Below, in pieces: positions 12,931 through 22,919 of a stretch of DNA of 64,000 nt. A program made the position numbers and the translations under genes. Source of the DNA: Sminthopsis crassicaudata (lineage: Eukaryota); assembly GCF_048593235.1 (NCBI RefSeq), contig NC_133622.1, positions 242,079,198 through 242,143,197 of the forward strand, given 5' to 3'. The notes below the pieces were generated by a model. The model searched no databases and was not told where the DNA came from. It was given only the letters and a program-made list of their open reading frames with translations. Position 1 is the stretch's first letter. Each line of letters opens with the position of its first letter.

Positions 12931-13953
12931 TTTCTTATTTTTTTAAATTTTATTTATTTATAATTTTTGACAGTATATATGCGTGAGTAATTTTTTATAA
13001 TATTATCCCTTGTATTCATTTTTCCAAATTATCCCCTCCCTCCCTCTACTCCCTCCCCTTGATGACAGGCAATCCCATACATTTTACATGTGTTACAATA
13101 TAACCTAGATACAATATATGTGTGTAGATACCATTTTCTTGTTGCACATTAAGTATTAGATTCCGAAGGTATAAGTAACCTGGGTAGATAGACAGTAGTG
13201 CTAACAATTTGCATTCACTTCCCAGTGTTCCTTCTCTGGGTGTTGTTGTTTCTGTCCATCATTGATCAACTGGAAGTGAGTTGGATCTTCTTTATGTTGA
13301 AGACATCCACTTCCATCAGAATACATCTTCATGCAATATTGAAGTGTACAGTGATCTTCTGGTTCTATTCATTTCACTCAGCCTCAGTTGATGCAAGTCT
13401 CTCCAAGCCTCTCTGTATTCCTCCTGCTGCTCATTTCTTACAGAGCAATAATATTCCATAACCTTCATATACCATAATTTACCCAACCATTCTCCAACTG
13501 ATGGACATCCATTCATCTTCCAGTTTCTAGCCACTATGAAAAGAGCTGCCACAAACATTTTGGCACATACAGGTCCCTTTCCTGAGATTAGTCCATTATC
13601 AATTCTTCACCCTTCCAATCTGCAAAACTAAAGCAAAGTATTTCTTTGGGATATAAGCCCAATAGCAGCAATGCTGGATCAAAGGGTGTGCACAGTTTGA
13701 TAACTTTTTGGGCATAGTTCCAAATTGCTCTCCAGAATGGCTGGATTCTTTCACAACTCCACCAACAATGTATTAGTGTCCTAGTTTTCCCACATCCCCT
13801 CCAACATTCATCGTTATTTGTTCCTGTCATCTTATCCAATCTGACAGGTGTGTAGTGGTATCTCAGAGTTGTCTTAATTTACATTTCTCTGATCAGTAGT
13901 GATTTGGAACACTTTCATATGAGTGGATATAATTTCAATTTCATCATCTGAGA
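12931..13953 (-). mobile_element. Young 5'-truncated L1 (ORF2 C-terminus plus 3'UTR and poly-A) carrying a 57-bp templated insertion
   Basis: Minus-strand ORFs give canonical L1 ORF2 C-terminal peptides (CWRGCGKTRTLIHCWW; MFVAALFIVARNWK...GEWLGKLWYM). There is a T-rich tail at the left end. The element is highly similar to the L1 at 41563-42271. Confidence 0.95.
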
Positions 13954-14689
13954 ACACAGAAAAGAATTTGGGAAATTGAGAAATTAGATGGTGCCAATGA
14001 ATATGCTATAATTTATTTAAGAGGCAAGATTTTGTGATTCCAAGAGGAAGCAATTAAGCTCCCTAAAAATTAAGAAATCAACAACTACTATGCTGTAAAA
14101 TATTTGATAGTATAAATTATTTTTATATCAATCCTCACAAGAACTTACTTAACTGACACTCAGATGGAAACCATATGAGAGTTCTTCCATTAGAGAATAT
14201 AAGACTTAAATAAGTATGGGCATATGTGTGTTTATTTTGCAATGTGGGCTACAGCACATTACACTACATATCAGATGAATTATTTCATTTGGATTTATCA
14301 TGTCTTTCAAAATCAATATAGACTGCAAGCTAAAGCTAGCCGGGAACTTTTGTCTCATAAATGACCCAATAATCTGTTTCAGCATCTCACAAAGATAAAT
14401 ACTCTCAAATGTTGTTCAATAAATATTTGATATGTATTTATCATAAAATGTATGATAAGGAATGTATGTATGATGATGATTGAAAGTATGATAATGAATA
14501 AATTAGATGATGATTAATTAATTAATAATGTTGTCTAAGTCTGAATAGGAATCAGGAATATTTAGCCTAAAGAACAAAAGACTTAGAGGGATGATAAATA
14601 GATACCTCTCCTATGGAAGAGGAATTTGATTTGTTATTGTCACCAAAGAGTTTCAGGTTTTAGTGCAGTATATAATTGTGTCAGTGCTT

Positions 14690-14840
14690 TTGTTGGTGTT
14701 CAGTCATTTTAGACGTTCTGACTCTTTATGATTTCATTTAGGGGTTTCTCAGCAAAGATCCTGGAATAGGTTGCCATTTCCTTTTCTAGCTCATATTAGA
14801 GATGAGGAAACTGATATAAAAAGATTAAGTGACTTTCTAG
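14690..14840 (-). mobile_element. MAR1-type SINE
   Basis: TCAGTCATTTT...CTGACTCTTTATGATTTCATTTAGGGGTTTCTCAGCAAAGATCCTGGAATAGGTTGCCATTTCCTT is the reverse of the MAR1 tail. Confidence 0.65.
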
Positions 14841-14989
14841 TCTTGGCATTGCCCTACTTCTTTCAGGGCAGGAACTATCTTTGCCTCTTTTAGTATCCCC
14901 AATAGTCAACATAGTGCCTAGCACATCATAGCCACTTAATAAATATTATTAAAAATTGATGACTGCCTATTTGAGCAAGCTATTGCCAA

Positions 14990-15240
14990 TGATGGAGTGC
15001 AATAGATAAAGTAAATGAGTTTGGAAACAGGAAAACACAAATTTGAATTCAATCTGATCTGTTGACTAGACGTGTGACTCTAGATAAATTATGCAATTTC
15101 TATCTGACTGAGTTCCTTTATACATAAAATGCAGATAATAATAGCATCTATTTATCAGGGTTGTTATGAAGATCAAGGAAATAAAATTGTAACACATTTA
15201 ACACATTGTCAGACACATAGTAACTGTCCTTTAAATGTTA
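14990..15240 (+). mobile_element. MIR-type SINE
   Basis: Head (GATGGAGTGCAATAGATA...TTTGAATTC), core (GTGTGACTCTAGATAAATT...TAAAATGCAGATAATAATAGCA) and tail. Confidence 0.6.
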
Positions 15241-16181
15241 CCTACTACTTTTTTTTATGAGTAAGTTAACTTTTTTTCCTAATCTTACTTTTTCTTACAT
15301 GAATCCTTTTTTTAATTTGCTTTTTTAGTGTTTCTGCAATATTTCTCATTTGATTTTTAGAGTCATTTTAGAGTTCTATACATCTTTTTTTTTTTTTTTT
15401 TCCTGGGCAGGAATCCATTTGACATTACTCTTNNNNNNNNNNNNNNNNNNNNNNNNNNNNNNNNNNNNNNNNNNNNNNNNNNNNNNNNNNNNNNNNNNNN
15501 NNNNNNNNNNNNNNNNNNNNNNNNNNNNNNNNNNNNNNNNNNNNNNNNNNNNNNNNNNNNNNNNNNNNNNACTGAAGATGAACTCCAGTTTTCCCTATTC
15601 CTATAATAAATTTAAACAGTTGGAGTCTTTCTTCTTTGCTGGTTCATTAATATTATTATAATTATTATGAGTATCTCTAATCCTGAGGTCAGAGATGGCA
15701 TCTCTGGCTTTCCTTCAGCTCCCCCCTTCTGCAAGTATCCACAACCAGCAACTTCCCTGCCACAGTGCTTCTACACTCTTAGTGTGCTGGTACCTACTAT
15801 CTCAGGACAGTATCTACAGCACAGCTTGGCCTAGCTTTCCTTATCAGCAGAGATTCCCTCAGTTTCCCAACTACTCATGTTGTCCAGGAAGAAAAAGTTG
15901 TCCAGGAAGAAAAAGTTCTTGTGGCTCTGACTGAGGTTCCAACAAAGCCCAGCCAGGTTCCTTTCTTCTTGACTATGCAGAGCTAGCCTGGATACCTGTT
16001 AATCCTCAGCTTTGGATCTTCAGCATCTCTCAGGCTGTTCCAGTAGGACCCCTCTTCTGTGGCAGCTATTATTTCTTTGTTACCCATCTATGTTTACCCT
16101 AAGGCACAATTTTGTGCTGAGTGTGGGGGACATTTGGAGAGCTTGTAATTTTCTTTTCTTCCAATATCTTTACAGAATCTT

Positions 16182-16333
16182 TTTTTTTTTCCTCCCTGAA
16201 ACAATTGGGGTTAAGTGACTTGCCCAGGGTCACACAGCTAGGAAGTGTTAAATGTCTGATACCAGCAGATTTGAACTCAGGTCCTTCTGACTTCAGGGCT
16301 GGTGTTATATTCACTGTGCCCTGTAGCTGCCTC
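16182..16333 (-). mobile_element. WSINE1-type SINE with 9-bp TSD CAGAATCTT
   Basis: T-tail, then GGGGTTAAGTGACTTGCCCAGGGTCACACAGCTAG...GATTTGAACTCAGGTCC...AGCTGCC. The TSD lies at 16173-16181 and 16334-16342. Confidence 0.9.
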
Positions 16334-16638
16334 CAGAATCTTATATTGATATAATATTAATGCTGTCTAGCCTTTCAGTTTCAGTTTACCGCACACATAT
16401 TGAACATTTTAAAACATATATGAATTAATTCTTTTTGAAGTACAGTACCTGAAATTATTACATAGTGTCTTCACAAGCCAAATGAATATATTTATTCTAT
16501 ATAATACAAATAGTTAAGGCTCAATATACACGCTTTCCTGATATCAATACTCAAAATTCCCTCCATAAAACATGTCCCTTTTTTAATATCTACATTATCT
16601 TTACTGCATAGGTTAGTCCCTGGAGTCAAGAGAAGCAC

Positions 16639-17574
16639 ATGGCAGGGGAAAATCTCACCACAATGGCCTCTTTCACTCTATCAGGGTTTGCAAATCATCC
16701 TGAACTACAAGTTGTTCTCTTCTTAATATTTCTCTTTATTTATTTTTTCACTGTTATGGGTAATCTTGGACTAATTATTTTAATTAAAATTGACTCTCAA
16801 CTTCATACCCCTATGTATCTTTTCCTTAGCAACTTAGCCTTCATTGATATTTCATATTCTTCAACAATCACACCTAAAGCCCTGGATGATTTCCAATCAA
16901 AGCAGAAAAATATATCTTTTGTGGGATGTTTTGTTCAAATGTATTTCTTTGTTGGTTTGGTATGTAGTGAATGCTTTCTCCTGGGATCAATGGCATATGA
17001 CCGTTATGTTGCAATCTGTAACCCTCTGCTTTATTCGGTTGCCATGTCCCAGAAAGTCTGTATCTGGCTGAGTGTAATGCCATATGTAGTCGGTTTCAAT
17101 AATTCTTTGATAACTGTTTGTGTTATAAGCAACTTGTCATTTTGCAACTCTATTATTGACCATTTCTTCTGCGACACGACAGCCCTGTTGGCCCTATCCT
17201 GCCATGACAGTTTCAATACAGAAATGGTGATATTTCTGCTAGCAGGATTTACTCTGCTCAGCTCCCTTGGTATTATCACAGTCTCTTATGTTGCCATCAT
17301 CTCTGCCATTCTGAAGATCCGTTCCACAGAAGGTCAGCGCAAAGCTTTTTCCACCTGTGCCTCTCACCTATTAGGAGTGACTATATTTTATGGATCTCTC
17401 ATTTTTACATATTTGCAGCCAGATAATACATCATTCTTGACTGAAGCCCAAATAGCATCCGTGTTCTATACAACTGTCATCCCCATGCTCAATCCTCTCA
17501 TTTATAGTCTGAGGAACAAGGATGTGAAGAATGCCTTGATGAGAGTCATACATAAGAAAATGTTTCCCCACTAA
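16639..17574 (+). CDS. OR8I2: Olfactory receptor 8I2-like, 311 aa, intact
   Basis: All OR motifs are present (LHTPMY, MAYDRYVAIC, KAFSTCASH, PMLNPLIYSLRN). Diagnostic stretches match recalled human OR8I2 (SGFANHPELQV, CFVQMYFFVGLVC, CDTTALLALSC, TYLQPDNTS). A splice acceptor TAG lies at 16609-16611. Confidence 0.9.
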   Translation: MAGENLTTMASFTLSGFANHPELQVVLFLIFLFIYFFTVMGNLGLIILIKIDSQLHTPMYLFLSNLAFIDISYSSTITPKALDDFQSKQKNISFVGCFVQMYFFVGLVCSECFLLGSMAYDRYVAICNPLLYSVAMSQKVCIWLSVMPYVVGFNNSLITVCVISNLSFCNSIIDHFFCDTTALLALSCHDSFNTEMVIFLLAGFTLLSSLGIITVSYVAIISAILKIRSTEGQRKAFSTCASHLLGVTIFYGSLIFTYLQPDNTSFLTEAQIASVFYTTVIPMLNPLIYSLRNKDVKNALMRVIHKKMFPH

Positions 17575-18124
17575 CTGGAAAAAAATTTGGTCTGCAAGTA
17601 GCAGTGCATTACAATCAAAAGGAATTTAAATATAAAGCCCATGAAATTTGACTTTTAAATTAACTTTTCTATTATAACTGAGAACTTTCATTCAGGATAT
17701 CAATGATTTCTTTATTGCCAAAGATAGTGCCTCAGTCTTTATCATCCTTTTCCTTTGTATAGCAATTGATACTCTTAGCTCTCCCAAAATTTATGTTTTC
17801 TACAAAATATCACTATATCTTATTATGTATCTCTTTACTATTTGCTCAGCTATGACCATGTTTTATCATTGTAGTAGAATGTAAGCTCCTTGAGATCTAA
17901 ATCAATCATAATTTCATATTTTTACCACAAATAGTTAATGCAGGATATGGCATATAATAGTAATTTAATAAACACGTGTTCCTTGAACATTTGTGAATCA
18001 CCTCCTTATGGATATTTTCAATATGTACAACTTACTCAATATTGCTCTCTCTTGTTTTTCCTTACCAACTCCAGCTACTCCTTCACATATCTAGTTTCCC
18101 CATCATTATTTTGCTATATAAATG

Positions 18125-18752
18125 TGTAATGTTCTGTCCTCTAAATTGTAATTGTTCTCTGGGAGCAGATCTCTTGGAGAGCTTTTGGAAGCAGCCTTAG
18201 TTTTAGTTTAGTTTCAATAAGCCCAAATGAAGCCAGGAGCTAAAGTCCAGATCCTTTATTGTGTCCTTCAAAATGCTAAATCTTTTCCTGGGCCTTGTTA
18301 GTTTTTTTAGATGCCTATCTCTCTTCTTGGTTCCCGAGAGCTCTTGTCCGAATGTCTCCAGCCAGCACAAAGGTGGAAGCTGGAATGACTCAACTCCTCC
18401 TCCCAGAGAGTGGGCTTGTGGGTGGGCATGTGAATCTCCTGGAAGTCAGTCCTAGTTGTGAATCTCCTGGAAGTCCACCCTAGTAGAGAATCTCCCAAAA
18501 TCCATGAGCAGGCTTTTCCTTTACTCTTTATATATGCTCTCTAAAGGTGTGAAGTCTAATGTGTGAACCAATGAGTGAACTCCTTTAAAGGTATGCACTC
18601 CTTTAAAGATGTGAACTAAGTACATTACCTTGTCTCAAGTTCTGGCCCATAATATCTCCTTGAAGGATCAGATCAATCATACTGAACCATGCTAAATTAG
18701 ATAATTATTGTCTATCATTCCAGTGACTTAGCACCTTGTAAGAATCCTAACA
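18125..18752 (-). mobile_element. Solo ERV LTR with TG...CA ends and near-perfect 6-bp TSD (TAAATG/TAAATA)
   Basis: TG and CA termini, TTTATT (poly-A signal on -) near 18255, a TATA-like tract near 18530, and internal short tandem duplications (GTGAATCTCCTGGAAGTC x2). Confidence 0.85.
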
Positions 18753-18869
18753 TAAATAGTTTGCATAAGAAATCCAAGAAGTTTGTGGGAGTTCTGCAGA
18801 AGCAGAAGATGGCATGAAAAAGCAAGATGACACAGAAAAAGTTGAAATCGAAAAATATAACAAAACAGA

Positions 18870-19226
18870 AAACTATTGTGTAGTTCAGTTTGGAACTATG
18901 TTCATATGACTATAAAAGTGTATATATCCTGTGACCCAACAATAATGCTTCTAGGTCTACAGACAACTCTTCACAACAATGTCAAAAAATCAGAAATTGA
19001 AGAGGTTCCCATTAATTGTGGAATGGCTGATAAATCATGATGTATACATGTGAAATAATATTATTGTATTCTAAGAAATAAAAAAGGGAATGGTTTTAGA
19101 AATACTTGGAAAGACTTATAAGAACTAATGCAAACTAAAGTGAGCCAAACCAGAAGAATAATGTATAGGGTGAGAGCAATATGAATACAATAATCAGCTA
19201 TGAAAGACAATAACTTTGAATACTAC
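18870..19226 (+). mobile_element. Old L1 3' fragment, left half; continues at 22692-23010 after an ERV insertion
   Basis: The L1 3' sequence (GAATGGCTGATAAATCATG...GACTTATAAGAACTAATGCAAA...) resumes in register as ATCAATACAATGATCCAAGA...CTCATGATG after 22691. Confidence 0.7.
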
Positions 19227-19857
19227 TGTTGAAATTGGGAAGGGACCCCAAAATTTTGACAGTTGCAGACCTTGTTATGAGGTGTCTCAAAAGATTTTTC
19301 AGGCTTGAATACATATCCCAGTCAAAGGGCAAATTTTGTTGTAATTGTAAGGTCAATTGAAGTACTCTAAAATCTAAAAATTTAGCAAACTACCTGAAGC
19401 AAGAAGACACATTATCTAGTGCTTCTTGTCATTGATATGCTAATTTGTGGCCTCCAGGTAGAACTGAGGAGTAATTTTAGGAATTTTGCTATCATTGACC
19501 AGTAGACCTAGTACTATCCTAAAGCCAGAAGAATTTAGAATCATTGACCGACAAGATTGTCCAAACAATAGTATCCAAGGATTAGGGAGTCTCGGGATCA
19601 CTAATATATCTTCCCTAAAGTTTAAGAAATATTATTATATTTCTAGGCCAGAATAATTTTATAATCATTGACAGAATAATAGCATTCTTAGATCAGAGGA
19701 CCTTGGGATCATAGATTCCAAAGCCAGAAGATTTAGAATCACTGACAGAAAGTTAGAAAAGAAGCACCCTAAGGTCAAAGGGACATTAAAATTCTTACTA
19801 TCTCCCCTAAAAACTATATTCAATTATTTCTCCTTTCAAGCAGTTTGCACCCCAAAT

Positions 19858-20658
19858 TCATTTGGAACAAAAGGACAGAAATCTCATCTTTTGGAACTGC
19901 TTCATGCTGATAAGGGGTATAGAGCTGTCCCTTCCTAGTAGGGTCCAGACTGAGGAAAGGAAGCATATGACTTGAAAATAATAGCAACAGCATCCAGAGA
20001 AGTGCTGAGTGTCAGAATTGTTTAGCCAGTTGTATTCAAGGTGAATACATAGTTGAAAACCCATAGCTTGGAGTTTGGAAGAAACAAATCTACCAGTAAG
20101 AATGTTAGTTGTCAGAGAGTTAGGAAGAAGCTTCATGGAATGTGGAGTAGAAGCATTATGAGGGAGTTTGCCAGAATAATTTTGGAATGGATATCCTACA
20201 ATTATTTGTAAGGATGGCCCATAGTCACAAATACAAGTACATAGAGCTCTTGACCTGCCTTCACAGGTAGTATATATTGCTGAGGTGAAGCTATTATGGG
20301 TTACAGTGACAGTTACTGTACCTGTTATATAGGTATTGAGATAGTAGGTAAGAGATCTTTTCCAGAAAAAACAGGAGATAATCACTTTAAAGTTATTCCC
20401 CTAGGGGTAGCAAGTATAAATGGGATGGCTTCTAGAGTAGAGATAGTGACATTTGGGTATGGGGCCTTTGGAAATAATGCATCAAGTCACATATATGGAC
20501 TACCCTGATAATGCTGATGGCACACCCAACAATCCTGAATGTCCCTACTGCCCACAGAGTTCCCTAACCTGACTAAGGAGTTATTTCCCCACTGGAATAG
20601 GACACAGAGTAACACCAAAAAATAGCTGGAGAGAAAATTCTGGGAGCAAAGGTCTCAT
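19858..20658 (-). pseudogene. Retroviral env remnant (class I, EnvV/HEMO-like N-terminus), with stops and frameshifts
   Basis: The minus frame reads YFLVLLCVLFQWGNNSLVRLGNSVGSRDIQDCWVCHQ (CWVC at 20520-20531) and then hits stops. A candidate ATG at 20658 is in another frame. Confidence 0.7.
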
Positions 20659-21378
20659 CTTTGGGGTATTGTTAAAGATACATCTGGTAAAAGTGGAAAA
20701 TTATAAGAAAGAAAGAAAACTAAAGTGAAAAAGAGAAGACAGAGACAATGTCACTCTTCTCTATGCAGTATGTTTCCAGTGTTTCCAGGAGTCCTGCAAA
20801 AGAGTAGTTTCAGGTTCTCTATGGGTTCACAGAAATATTCACGAATGTGAAATATAGAGGCTGACTGGCTTCTCACCTACCCTGAATGCTGGGTAGTGTT
20901 AGGGGTACCTAAATTCTTCTCAGGCAATTCCTGAACAGAACCTGCTGAAAGCTGATGTGACTGGTGCTTGAATCTCCTTTTGATGGTAGTTTTAGGTGCC
21001 AGGGCTCAGGGAATGCTAACCATGGTACCTGAAACTCACTCCATCTCCATTCCTCCAAACTGGATTGGGAAGGGAGGTGTTTGGGTAGGGTTGTGTGGGA
21101 ACCCCATGACTGCTTCCTCTAATTCTACAAGTGAGGCAGAATTTGAATTTCCCTACCGTTCTGAAATGAGAAGAGTTAGCAAATAAAGGGACTTGGGCTA
21201 TATTGATCTTGTTAGCAATCCCAACTGAGATACATTCAGGATTACTACAGGGAGTGAAGTAGATAGGATCCTTCAGTACCTTCGGGGGTGCTTTTCCAAA
21301 GAAGCAGAAGGGGATTCCCAACATGATAAAATGCTAAAGCTCAAAGATGGGTTAGCAAATAGTTACTATTTACCTAGA

Positions 21379-21411
21379 TTTTGTTTTGTTTTGTTTTGTT
21401 TTGTTTTGTTT
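21379..21411. repeat. (GTTTT)n microsatellite
   Basis: Directly visible. Confidence 0.9.
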
Positions 21412-21507
21412 TCCTTCAGAATGGAGTAAATTCCTGGAATTGTCCTCTCTGTTTCAGGAATTTGTCTTGCCATCTTAAAATGAATAATTGCCAAACTTCA
21501 TATTTAT

Positions 21508-22151
21508 TGCTGGCGTAGCCCCTTTAAGATTACTTGTCTGATCTACCTTTGGGACAAGATATTCCTAGGGGAAAAGATCTGTATCTGAGCCAGTTTGGGT
21601 TGTGCCCAGCCCCCAGTTGGTTTGGGTTTTCAGCCCCCTTTGATACAAGATCTGATCAAACTAGTACCCAGCCTCCCCCCCCCCCCCACTGTATCTGAGC
21701 TGGCTTGGATAAAGCCCGCCAAAAAAATCTGGCCTTCAAGGAATTAACCTGAGCTCCGCCCAGATGGCTTCTTCAAGAAGATAAAAAGAGCAATGCTAGA
21801 ATCATCTTTGGGTCAGAGATTTGAAAGATGCCAGCCAAGATGCTTGCATCAGAGATTCTCTGTCCCCACCGCTTTCTGTGTATATCTTCCTCTATCTAAT
21901 GCCTTTTACTAACCAGACCGCAACCTTGCTTCCAAACCTGGCAATAAGCATCTTTTTACCCATCTAGGTTTTCGGCCTGTAAATTCATTTACAGGGGACT
22001 CTGGCCTCCACTAGACCTGATTTAACTTTGTATCCTTGCGCCTAATCCTAAGGGGGTAGCAGGGGAGCTCCATGTGACTCCCTGTATCCTGAATCCTGCA
22101 ACTAGACCTCACTTAATCCTATTGAGGTATTATTAGGTATTTACCTCATCA
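21508..22151 (+). mobile_element. Younger solo LTR nested in the older ERV LTR
   Basis: TG...CA ends, GATAAAAG TATA-like box and AATAAG. It is clearly homologous, in the opposite orientation, to the LTR at 49686-50357 (for example GCAGGGGAGCTCCAT and CTGTAAA...TTTACAGGGGACTCTG). Confidence 0.85.
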
Positions 22152-22878
22152 TGTTACCTCATCACTCTCAAAACTATGAGAATCTGCTAAGATGTTATTT
22201 TGATTTTAATTAGTTAACTTTTTTGTGGGCTAAATCCAAGAATTTAGTAAAGTACCTGAAGCAAGGAGACAAATTTATCTAATTCTTTATATTATTGATA
22301 TGCTAATTTTATGGCCTAGAGGTAGAACTGAGGAATTTAGTTATCACTGACTAGTAGATCTAGGACTATTTTAAAGCCAGAGAAGTTAGAATCATTGACA
22401 GAGTGTTAGAACAATAACATCCTAAGGTTAAAGAGTATCAGGATCACTAATTTTCCCTAAAGTCTAAGGGAAGAAATGTTATAATCCCAGGCCAGAAGAC
22501 TTTTACAATCATTGACAGAGAGGTTTCCAGCACAATAGTATGCCAAGGTTGGGGGGATTAGGGAGGTGATTTCAGGATCACAGAATCCAAAGTCAGAAGA
22601 TTCAGAATCACTGGCATATTATTGGAATAGAAGCACCCTAAAGTCAGGGAACCTTAAAATAATTGTTGTTTCCCCTAGAAGCTATATTCCATCAATACAA
22701 TGATCCAAGATGATTCCAGAAGACTCATGATGAAATAAAATGTATTTTAATCCAGACAGAAAAGTTGGAATAGAAAATAAAGCATTTCAAAATTTTTCCT
22801 AACTTTTTTGCTTTGGGAAATAATGTTACTAATATAAAAATATAGTTTGCATAACTTTATATAAAATGTAACTTTATA

Positions 22879-22881
<3 letters not shown>

Positions 22882-22914
<33 letters not shown>
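22882..22914. repeat. (TA)n microsatellite
   Basis: Directly visible. Confidence 0.95.

Positions 22915-22919
<5 letters not shown>

Larger units (their letters stand above)
19227..22691 (-). mobile_element. Old internally deleted ERV: LTR (about 21480-22691, interrupted) - leader - env remnant - PPT - LTR (19227-19822); no recognisable gag/pol
   Basis: Two diverged direct repeats of about 500-600 bp (19340-19822 vs 22200-22691), a purine tract on - at 19823-19839 (TTGAAAGGAGAAATAAT), and an env-type motif between the repeats. Confidence 0.75.

Noticed and set aside
13198-13839. ORFs of 80-87 aa as possible novel genes (also 41997-42278)
   Set aside because: They are L1 ORF2 C-terminal fragments or their antisense frames.
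15690-16140. GC-richer block with an 18-bp tandem duplication as a novel element
   Set aside because: Most likely a decayed LINE 5'UTR fragment. I could not support a firm call.
21016-21324. 102-aa minus ORF with CLTC as the env CxxC motif
   Set aside because: The convincing env signal peptide and CWVC lie downstream (20658-20520). This ORF sits in the leader region and I cannot assign it.
19490-22620. Repeat-spacer-like pattern (GCCAGAA...AATCATTGAC) as a CRISPR-like array
   Set aside because: The context is a mammalian genome, the repeats are degenerate and irregularly spaced, and they sit inside LTRs.
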